The translations under genes were made by a program, and so were the position numbers. The notes below the pieces were generated by a model. That model had not been told where the DNA came from. It worked only from the letters and a program-made list of their open reading frames with translations, and made no database searches. 64,000 bases of DNA from a bacterium (GTDB lineage: Bacteria; Elusimicrobiota; Elusimicrobia; UBA1565; UBA9628). The stretch is from positions 6,833 to 70,832 of the forward strand of contig JAJXVH010000005.1 of NCBI GenBank assembly GCA_021782205.1. The letters run 5' to 3'. This document shows, one piece after another, positions 27,814-36,400 of the stretch (the first letter of the stretch is position 1; every line of letters starts with the position of its first letter).

Positions 27814-28580
27814 GCGAACTACAGGAGCGCTCCGAGGGCGCGGTGCGCGTGCTGACCTTCGCGCGCCCCCCCGGCAATACACTGACGACGGCGTTTCTGG
27901 AGACACTCCGCGCGCGCGTGGAAGCCGCGGGACGCGAGGGCGGCGTGCGCGCGCTGGTGCTGGAGTCCTCGGTCGACGGCTATTTTTCCAGCGGGATGGA
28001 CCTTGAGGAACTCCTGTCCTTGCCCGCACCGCGCCGCGGCGAATCCTTCCAGGCACTCATCGCGGTTTACCGAGCCTTGCTGTGTTTCGAAAAGCCGTGC
28101 GTCGCGGCGCTGTCGGGGTCGGCATTGTTGGGCGGCTGGGTGCTGGCGATGGCCTGCGATTGGCGGGTTATGGGAACGCACGCGAAAATTTCATTGGCCG
28201 AGATCCGTGTGGGGCTGACGCCCACGCCTGCGCTGGTTGCGCGCCTATCCCAACTGAGCGCCAATCCGCAGATCGTCAAAGAGATGGTCCTGCGCGGACG
28301 CTCTCTGAACGCGGAGGACGCCCTGGCCGCAGGCCTGGTTGACGAGGTATGCGCCGAAGAAGAGACGCGCGCCTCGGCGCTCTCCGCCGCGGTGCGTCTG
28401 GCGAAGTCCGCGCCGCGAGCCTTCGCCCGGATCAAGGCCACGCTCAACGCGGGCGCGTCCGATGCGGCGCTCTGGGACCGCGCTCTCAAGGAATTTTCCG
28501 ATGTGTTCGCCGGCGAAGAAGCGCGAGAGGGCCTGGCCGCGTATCGGGCCAAGCGCCGCGCGCGCTGGGAGGGCGCATGA
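27810..28580 (+). CDS. enoyl-CoA hydratase/isomerase (crotonase) family protein
   Basis: Crotonase-fold pattern: ..FSSGMDLEEL.., oxyanion-hole region CVAALSGSALLGGWVLAMACD. Confidence 0.8.
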   Translation: MSELQERSEGAVRVLTFARPPGNTLTTAFLETLRARVEAAGREGGVRALVLESSVDGYFSSGMDLEELLSLPAPRRGESFQALIAVYRALLCFEKPCVAALSGSALLGGWVLAMACDWRVMGTHAKISLAEIRVGLTPTPALVARLSQLSANPQIVKEMVLRGRSLNAEDALAAGLVDEVCAEEETRASALSAAVRLAKSAPRAFARIKATLNAGASDAALWDRALKEFSDVFAGEEAREGLAAYRAKRRARWEGA

Positions 28581-29419
28581 GCCGCACATACGCCAAGGAC
28601 TTGCTGTCCGGGCGCGTCGCCGTGGTGACCGGCGGCGGCAGCGGCATCGGCCGCGTCGTGGCCTCGGAGTTGGCCGCGCATGGCGCCGACGTGGTCCTCG
28701 CCGCGCGCGACACCGCGCGCCTGGACGAGGCCGCGCGGGCCATCGCCGCCCAGACCAGACGGCGCGCCATCGGTGTTTCAACCGACGTCGCCGACCCCAA
28801 ATCCGTCGAGGCGCTATTTTCCCGCGTCGACGCCGAGTTCGGCCGTGTCGACATCCTGGTCAACGGCGCCGCCGCCAACTTCGTACGGCCTTCGGAGACG
28901 TTGACCTCGGTGCGCTTTCGCAAGGTGATCGACATCGTGCTCCAGGGCACGTTCTCGACCTCGATCGCTGCGGGCCGGCGCATGCTTGCGCGCGGCGAGG
29001 GCGCCATCGTCAACCTGGTCGCGTCCTACGCCTGGACCGGCGCGCCGGGCTTCCTGCCGTCGTCGGCGGCGAAGGCCGGCGTGGTCTCGCTGACCCGCAC
29101 GCTGGGCGTGGAGTGGGCGCCGCGCGGCGTGCGCGTCAACGCGGTGTGCCCGGGCCTGATCGACACCCCGCAGTCGCGCGAGCGCCTGTGGCCGGAGGAG
29201 TGGATGCGCGAGGAACTGCTGAGCGGCGTGCCCGCGCGCAAGTTCGGCTGCGAAGAGGACGTGTCCGACGCGGTGCTTTACCTTTGCGCGCCCGCCACGC
29301 GCTATGTCAGCGGCGAGGTGCTGGTCGTCGACGGCGGCTCCTCGGTGGGCGGCGTGCCTTATTTGCGCTTCGTCGAGAAGGCCGGGAAGATCCGGCGCGC
29401 GCGGCCCGACAAAGACTGA
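28577..29419 (+). CDS. short-chain dehydrogenase/reductase (2,4-dienoyl-CoA reductase-like)
   Basis: ATGA overlap with the upstream gene; TGGGSGIGR, NGAA, YxxxK-type region ASYAWTGAPGFLPSSAAKAG. Confidence 0.85.
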   Translation: MSRTYAKDLLSGRVAVVTGGGSGIGRVVASELAAHGADVVLAARDTARLDEAARAIAAQTRRRAIGVSTDVADPKSVEALFSRVDAEFGRVDILVNGAAANFVRPSETLTSVRFRKVIDIVLQGTFSTSIAAGRRMLARGEGAIVNLVASYAWTGAPGFLPSSAAKAGVVSLTRTLGVEWAPRGVRVNAVCPGLIDTPQSRERLWPEEWMREELLSGVPARKFGCEEDVSDAVLYLCAPATRYVSGEVLVVDGGSSVGGVPYLRFVEKAGKIRRARPDKD

Positions 29420-29444
29420 GGGCCCCCCTTCACCGGGGAGCCCT
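29417..29444. terminator. bidirectional GC-rich hairpin between convergent genes
   Basis: GAGGGCCCCCC-TTCAC-CGGGGAGCCCTC. Confidence 0.45.
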
Positions 29445-29467
29445 CACTTCGCGCGCGGCGTCCGAAC

Positions 29468-29746
29468 TCAGGCCGGAGCGCCGTCGTGGTGCTTGGCGTT
29501 GGCCTCGCGGTAAGCATCCTTGGCGGCTTTCGCGGCGGCCAGGACAGCTTCTTTTTTCGAGCTCGACTCGTCCTTGACCTTGTCGAGTATTTCGACGCCG
29601 CGCTCGCGGCGCTCCTTGAGCCAGTCCGCCAGCTGCTCGCGCGTCTCGGAACCCGCGCGCGGCGCGAAAAGCACGCCTAGCGCTGCGCCCACCGCCGCAC
29701 CGGTCAAGAACAGAAGAACGCCGGAACCCGTCTCGTTGTCGGCCAT
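29468..29746 (-). CDS. YtxH-domain small membrane-associated protein
   Basis: LLFLTGAAVGAALGVLFAPRAGSETREQLADWL matches the YtxH pattern. Confidence 0.55.
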   Translation of the reverse strand: MADNETGSGVLLFLTGAAVGAALGVLFAPRAGSETREQLADWLKERRERGVEILDKVKDESSSKKEAVLAAAKAAKDAYREANAKHHDGAPA

Positions 29747-29840
29747 AATTCGCCTCCCTACGTCGCTCTTGGCGGCGCGTCGAAAGGGCGGCCGCCCGAA
29801 TCATCATGACACGCAGGACGCGTCGTGTCAACGACCTCGG

Positions 29841-31712
29841 TCAAGCCGCGGGAGCGTCGGGACGTCCGGCCCGCTCTTCCTGCAGGCGCACGGACAATTC
29901 CTCCAGGCGCCGCTCGCGCGCATCGAGGGTGCGTGCACGTTCCACCAGTGCCGCCTCGAATGCCGCCAGGCGCAGGGCAAACGATTTCTCCAATTCGACG
30001 GCGCGCTCGGAGAAGGCGCGTGCGCGCTGGGCCTCGGTCTCGGCGTAGGATTTGGACGCCTCCGCGGACGCGACCAAACGAGACTCCTCCAGCACGCGCG
30101 CCCGCTCGATCTCGCGTAGCCGGTCGCGCTCGGCCAACTGGGCGCGCAGGGCCGCCGCATCGCGGGCGGCCGCTCCGGCTTCGTCGACGAGCGCTCGCCG
30201 TCCGCGCTCGGACTCCGCGAGGCGCGACTCCAACTCTTGAATCCTGGCGCTGTCGGCCGCTTGCTTATGCTCCGCTTCGGAGCGTGCCGCGTGCAATCCC
30301 TCATAAAGCCGTACGGTTTCTTCTTTCAGCGCCGAGCGTTCCCGTGCCAGGTCGGCGAACGATTTTTCCCGGGCCAAGCGCAGCGCGTCTTCGTGCGCGC
30401 GCCCGAGCTCCGCCAGACGCGCGTCGTGTGCGGCCGCGCGCTCGGCGTCCGCGCGCGCGCGGGCGGCGGCGCTCTCGGCCTGGGCGCGCTCGAAGCCGGC
30501 GCGCAGTTCCGCTTCGCGCCGCAGGAACTCCTCGTCGGCGGCACGGCGCACGGCTTCTGCGCGGTCGCGCGCCGCGGCGGACTCCGAGGCAAATGCGCGG
30601 CGCTGCTCTTCCAGTGCCGTCTCGTAGCGCTTGACCAGTTCGCCTTCGCGCGCCGCCCAGCGCTGGTCCATGTCCTTCTGGCGGCGCAGGTGCTCCTCGC
30701 GCAGGGACGCCTTCCAGGCCTCGCGCTCCTCGGCGTCGGCGCGCACCGCGCGCTCCGCCTCGGCGGCGCGTCCGGCGTTCTCCGCGTCCAGCGCGCGCCG
30801 CCGCTGCTCGTATTCGGCCGCCAGTCCCGCCCGCTCGGCCGCGACCAGGCGCTTCTGCTCATCGATGAGCTCCAGCCTTCGCTTCTCGTGCTCCTGGACC
30901 AGGGCGGTCTGCCGCGCGACGTGCTCATCTTCGAGCGCGGCCAGGCGCAGGCGGTTTTCTTCCTCAAGGATCTGGCGGCGCGCAGCCAGCTCGGCCTCCG
31001 CTTTTCGCGCCGCGTCCTCCAGCTCCGCGGATTTGCGCGCGATGAACTCGTCTTGCGCGCGCACGCGCTCGGCTTCGCGCCGGGCGGATTCCTCCAGCCC
31101 CGTTCGGTTTTGCCGCACGTGCTCGCGCTCCAGCTCTTCGCGCCGCGCGGTCAGTTCGCGCAGGCGCGCTTCGTGTTCGGCGTCTTGCACCTTGCGCCGC
31201 TCGTCCCATTGCGCCTGATGTTCGGCGCGCTCGCGCGCCATCTGCGCATCGGCGCGCGCGAGTATTTCGGCCTCCAGCTTCGAGCGGTCCTCGACGAGCA
31301 CACGCCGGTCTTCGGCCTGACGCGCCTCGGCCTCGGCCATGCGGCGTCGAAAATCATCTTCCAGTTCCCTGGAACGAGTCTCGAGGAGCCGCTCGATCTC
31401 CTCCGCACGGTCGGCCAGAGAACGTGCACGCTCCTCGAATTGCTTGTGCACGGCGGCGTCCAGCTGCGCGCGCGACTCCTTGGCGCGCGCCCACAGGCCC
31501 TGCTCCAACTGCGACCACTGCGCCTGAAGCTCCGCCTCGCGGCGCTGATAGCGTTCGACCAGGTCTTTTTCTTTAAGGGAGAAGGCCTTGGCCAGTTCCT
31601 CGCGGCTGTCGTTCAGGAGCTTCTCGCGCGCGCCGCCTTCGGCGGTCAGGGCCGCGCGCGCCGCGTCCAGTTCGCGGCGCAGGGCGGCGGCCTGCTCGTC
31701 GCGGCGGCGCAC
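29841..31712 (-). CDS. charged coiled-coil protein, distal 623 codons (same frame as 31716..32315 after a single TAG)
   Basis: Continuous E/R/A/L/Q-rich heptad-like sequence; begins with GTG immediately after an in-frame TAG. Confidence 0.5.
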   Translation of the reverse strand: MRRRDEQAAALRRELDAARAALTAEGGAREKLLNDSREELAKAFSLKEKDLVERYQRREAELQAQWSQLEQGLWARAKESRAQLDAAVHKQFEERARSLADRAEEIERLLETRSRELEDDFRRRMAEAEARQAEDRRVLVEDRSKLEAEILARADAQMARERAEHQAQWDERRKVQDAEHEARLRELTARREELEREHVRQNRTGLEESARREAERVRAQDEFIARKSAELEDAARKAEAELAARRQILEEENRLRLAALEDEHVARQTALVQEHEKRRLELIDEQKRLVAAERAGLAAEYEQRRRALDAENAGRAAEAERAVRADAEEREAWKASLREEHLRRQKDMDQRWAAREGELVKRYETALEEQRRAFASESAAARDRAEAVRRAADEEFLRREAELRAGFERAQAESAAARARADAERAAAHDARLAELGRAHEDALRLAREKSFADLARERSALKEETVRLYEGLHAARSEAEHKQAADSARIQELESRLAESERGRRALVDEAGAAARDAAALRAQLAERDRLREIERARVLEESRLVASAEASKSYAETEAQRARAFSERAVELEKSFALRLAAFEAALVERARTLDARERRLEELSVRLQEERAGRPDAPAA

Positions 31713-31715
31713 GTC

Positions 31716-32315
31716 CTACTCGCGCGCGGCCAGCGCGGCTGAAACCTCCTTTTCACGCGCCCGGCGCAGCTGCTCCACCAGCTCGATCTCGCGGCGCGCT
31801 CCGTCCACGGCGGCGTCCTTCTCGCGCTTCGACTCCGCGAGTGCCGCGTCGCGCTTTTCCAACTCGCGCCGCAGTTCCGACCAGGCGGTATCCTTCTCGC
31901 GCTGTGACGCGGCCATCGCCGACAGGTCCGCGCGCAGGCGCGCGACCGTCTCCTCCACGCGGCGACGGTCGTCTTCCAGGCGCGCGCGCTCCTCGGAGCG
32001 AACCTCCATGCGCGCCTCGACCTTCCAACGGTCTTCCTCGGCCCGGCGCCGCGCGCTCTCCCGATCCCACTCCTGCGCCCGCTCCTGCCACTGCGCCAGG
32101 CGCTCGTCGAGCTCCGCCAGGCGCTTTTCTCCGGCCTTGCGCTGGGCAACCTCATCTTGGACCGCGCCTTTGAGGGAAGCGTTGGCGTCCTGAAGATCGC
32201 GGATCGTGGCCAGCGCGCCGCGAATGGCCAGACGCGCGGCGTCCAGGCTGTTGATCTCGCGCAACGCCTCTTCGTCCCATTGCTCCATGCGAGGACCAAT
32301 ATAGCGCCGTGACAT
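31716..32315 (-). CDS. charged coiled-coil protein, proximal 199 codons ending at an in-frame TAG
   Basis: ATG at 32315; same composition and frame as 29841..31712. Confidence 0.5.
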   Translation of the reverse strand: MSRRYIGPRMEQWDEEALREINSLDAARLAIRGALATIRDLQDANASLKGAVQDEVAQRKAGEKRLAELDERLAQWQERAQEWDRESARRRAEEDRWKVEARMEVRSEERARLEDDRRRVEETVARLRADLSAMAASQREKDTAWSELRRELEKRDAALAESKREKDAAVDGARREIELVEQLRRAREKEVSAALAARE

Positions 32316-32437
32316 TACGAAAAGATGACCGCATTGTTTCGCGGGAGCATCCCCCGGTGGACGGAATCGGGAGAATCAGCTACACTGGTGGTGCCGCCGA
32401 GGACGATGTTAAGTCCGCCGCGCGGGAGGGCGAAACC

Positions 32438-33337
32438 GTGACTTCAGAGACAAAGCCGCAGAAGCTCCAGGTGACGTCCGTTGCTGACGGCGTGGTGCGA
32501 GTGAAGGTGCCCCAAGGCCGCGGCTTCTTCAAAGTCGCCGTTGAGAAGCGCCACGGCGAGGCGAATTCCCTCTTCTTGGAAGTCAACGGCGCGCGCAAGT
32601 TCGAGGTCGGCAACGACTGCGATACCTGCCACTTCTGGTTCAAAATGTTGCAGGAGCCGCGCCTGTCGACGTCGCGCAAGATCGCCAACCTGCCCAAGAC
32701 CATCCAATTGCCCCGCCCCGTCGACGAGGCTTTGGTGCAGGAACTCGCGCCCATGCTGGAGCTCATGGAAAAAGGCGAGTATCTGGTTTTCGAAACCTCG
32801 GTCAATCTTGCCGGACCTTATGACTCCGATGATGAGTCATCCTATTTCTTTCAGAGCGAGTTTCAGGAGCTCTGGGGCATCGAAGACCCCAAGGAGGAGG
32901 GATTGCTCTCGGGCTGGGAGCATTACGAGTCGCAGCGCCCCCGCGCCTTCCGGCACGGCGAGGCCGGCCTGGTCGAAAAGCAGTTCGACTTCGTTGTCCC
33001 CTTGGTGCCGCGCGCGGCCCTCAAAGAGGAGTACATCAAGCTCTACCAGCAGATGATCCAGAACGGCGACCGCCCGCGTGTGCTGATGCTCGGCATGTAC
33101 CAGCGCGGCGTGCCGGGCTCCGTCAAGAAGGGCGTCGCCAAAGTCCTGCACTCCTTCATGGCCGGCTTCCTGCTCGACGGCCACCACAAGGTCGCCGCCT
33201 ATCGCCGCGCAGGCGTGCCCGCGAAATTCCTGGTCATCCTTTCCCCTAAAGCCAGCAAATACACTTTGCTGCCCGATGAGAAGGGGCCCGCGCAGGCGCG
33301 TCTTGAGGAGCGCTTGTCCGCGCTCAAGCCTTCCTAA
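32438..33337 (+). CDS. hypothetical protein
   Basis: GTG at 32438 preceded by GGGAGGG; the track ORF starts at 32309 but overlaps the divergent coiled-coil gene; no recognisable domain. Confidence 0.45.
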   Translation: MTSETKPQKLQVTSVADGVVRVKVPQGRGFFKVAVEKRHGEANSLFLEVNGARKFEVGNDCDTCHFWFKMLQEPRLSTSRKIANLPKTIQLPRPVDEALVQELAPMLELMEKGEYLVFETSVNLAGPYDSDDESSYFFQSEFQELWGIEDPKEEGLLSGWEHYESQRPRAFRHGEAGLVEKQFDFVVPLVPRAALKEEYIKLYQQMIQNGDRPRVLMLGMYQRGVPGSVKKGVAKVLHSFMAGFLLDGHHKVAAYRRAGVPAKFLVILSPKASKYTLLPDEKGPAQARLEERLSALKPS

Positions 33338-33395
33338 ATTAGCCCTTGCATTGCGCCGCGCGCGGGGCTATTCTTTGGTCGCCCCTCGTTTCGAT

Positions 33396-33413
33396 CTAGG
33401 TCTTTAGACCTAG
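33396..33413. promoter_or_regulatory. perfect 18-bp palindrome CTAGGTCTTTAGACCTAG upstream of the 5.1-kb gene (candidate operator)
   Basis: 8-bp arms with a 2-bp spacer, 59 nt upstream of the start codon at 33472. Confidence 0.35.
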
Positions 33414-33471
33414 GCGGCGATGGGTCTCGGGCCACTGCTTCTTCTGGGCCCAAAAGGGATATCCTGACTCT

Positions 33472-36400
33472 ATGAGGACCCGTCGCGCGACGATCCTGGC
33501 TTTGGCGGCCGTCATGGCCGCGGGCTCCGCGCGCGCGCAGGAGCCCGGCGCGGCGTCGGTCACGGCCGCGCGCTCGCCCGGAAATTCCTCCGCGGTCGTG
33601 ACCCCGGCCGGACGCCGACTGCTGACGCGCATCGCGGCGCTGGAGTCGGACGCGGTCGCCTCACTGACCGGCGCCAGAGCTTCCTCGTTCAACGAGTTGA
33701 GCCGACGTCTGGCCGAGTTGCGCCGCGACGTGGACGCGGAGACTTTGCCCCCGGCGGAGAAGACGGAGTTGTCGGCCCGGCTGGACGTGCTCGATCAGTT
33801 GCTGGCACGCGCGGCCGCGCTGGCCGGAAAGTCCGGGCGTCTGGACCCGAAGCTGGAGGCGGTGATGCGCCAGGCCGTCGCGCGCGCGCCGGCCGGGCAG
33901 CCGCCGGTCGACAGCCTGGAGGCCGTCGCGGCCCAGTTGGTGGCCGCGGCTTCGGCCAAGGATCCCGCGGCGGCCAACCGCGTGTTCGACAACATGCGCG
34001 CGGAGTTGGGGGCCGGCGCCGCCGCGCCGCTGGCGCAAGTCCAGAAGGATTTCGCCGCGCGCGAGCCGATCGACTTCACCCCCCCGGGCGCCAAGGGCAC
34101 GAACGCCTACCGTCGCCGCATCCACACGCCTATTCCGGCGCTGAGAACTCCCGCCGCGGCGGCGCCGACTCATGCCGCGGCGCCAATCAGAGCCTCTCTA
34201 GGCAAAGCCTTGCGCGCGGCCTACACGCCCATCCGCGAGAGCCTCCCCGACGGACAGACCCAGGCTTTTCTCACCCAGCGGCAAGATCTGCTGAAAGCCC
34301 TGGACGCCGCCGGCCAGGCGCTGGAAAGCACGCTCGGCAAAAATACAAGCGACTTTCCCGACCGCGCGGCGATGGCGGCGGCCCTTGAGGGCTATGCCGA
34401 CAAGCTCTGCGCCGGGCTGGGCTTTCGCGTTCCCGTGACGCAGAACGATTACGCGACCTTGCGCCCGCGCCTGGACGCGCTCACGAAGGCCGGGCATCCC
34501 CAGGCCGCCGAATTCCTGCGTCAGCTCTGGAACTACCGCTTCTTTCTGGCCGGCTCAGTCCAAAAGCGCGCCGTCCCGGTGGGAACCACGTTCGCGCGCT
34601 GGGAGTTGTGCCCGAACAACGACCACCCCGTCTCCGCGACGGTCGCGTCCTACGCGCGCGGCGGCACGGATTTCTACGGCCTGCGCGAGAATCAGGCCGG
34701 AGGCGCTTTCGTCTTCGCCGCCCCGGACGCGGGCGGCGACCGCATGCTCCAGATTCTGCGCGGTCCGACGGGCGCCCAGTCCGTCAGTGAGATCAATTCC
34801 GCCGGCGCCGGCGCCGCGCGCAAGATCGTCAGCCAGACGTTCGAGAAATACGACGCGCGCGGCCGCCTGCTCGAGCGCCAGGCGGAAGACGCCGTCGCCG
34901 GAGTAATCAAGACGACGACCTTCGACGCCGCCGGCCGCGAGTACGTCGAGGAGCACCGCGTCGGCGCGGCGCAGCCCTTCTTCGTCAAAGACATGACGGC
35001 GGCGGTGCCCTACGAAGTGAAGCTCTCCGGCAACGTCCGCGACATGACCGTGCTGGATGCGTCCAACCCAGTGCTGCGCCAGGTCGACGCCGTCAACCCC
35101 GACGGTACGCTCCGGTTGGATTACCGACTCCTGCGCAACGGCGTTCGCCAGGAGCCGGTTCCCGGCGCGCCCTTGGCGTTGAAGAATATCGGCAAGGACG
35201 GCAAGCTGATGTACACGCTCGTCGACCTGCGCAAGGCGGGATCGGAGGCTGGTCGCGCAGCCGCCGCGCGCGACGCGATGAAGGCGGCGGGCCTGGGCGC
35301 AGCCGAGATCGCGCGGTTGTCGCCGGAGCTGTCCGCGTTCCTGCGTGATCAATCCGCCGCAGGTTCCGACCAATTCGTCGTTCTGCCCGGACAGCCGCCG
35401 AAATTTATGCTGACTCATTTTCTGCCTGGCGGCGACCGCCGCGTCGTGCGCGGCTACTTCGGCGAGGGCGGCGGCTACCAAGGCGCCGCGAAACAGACCG
35501 CTTTTCTCTCGTATTATCCTGCCGACGCTCAACGAGCCTCGAACAACGACACTCACGTGCAGTTCGAGTACCTGTCCGGCAACAGCCGTCTGAGCGACGA
35601 ACCACCTTCGACCAGCACGGTCAATCCGTCCTGGTACGCGTTCTGGCGCGACTCCAAGACGGTCGTCCATTATTTCGAGACGCCGCAGAGCTACCGGGAC
35701 GGGCGCTGGGTCGCCACGGGCGCCCTGTGGGACGATCCCTCCCGACTGCGCAGCGCCGACAACGAAGGCACGGCCTTCGGCACGACGGTGGCCCAGTCGA
35801 TCGGCAAGATCCCCGGCGCGGGCTGGGTGCTGGGCGGCAGCGACCAGGTCAGCCGCGGCCTCTCCGATCCCGCCCTGCACGCGACAATCTACCAAGCTCT
35901 TCCCGACGACGCGAAAAACGTCGACGAGACGGCGGACTGCGCGGAGAGTTTCGCGTGTTCCGGCACCACGCCGGACGTCAACAAGCAGCATTCTGAATTC
36001 GAGAAATGGCTGACGGGCAAGATCTTGCCGAAGCTGACGCCAGCCGGCCGCAAACTTCTCGATGCCGCCGTGCGCCAAAAACTGCGTCCCTCGCTGCTGA
36101 TCCACAACACGGCCAACCCCATCACTCCCTCCGACGGGGACATCTATTATTCCGCGCTGAACGCGACGATCACCCAAGACGAAGAGTACATGGCGCTGGT
36201 CACTTTCTTCGGCAGCGGCCACGTCGCCGAGCAGATCGCGCAGGCGCACGGCATGATCGCCGGTGTCTCGGCCGGACTAGGCATCGAGACCACGAAGATG
36301 CTGACCAACCCGTTGATGCTTCTACCCGTGGCCGGGGAACTTGTCGGCTCCGTGGTGGGCCGTCTGCTGGAGGCGGCCGGCGTCAGCGATCGGATGATGA

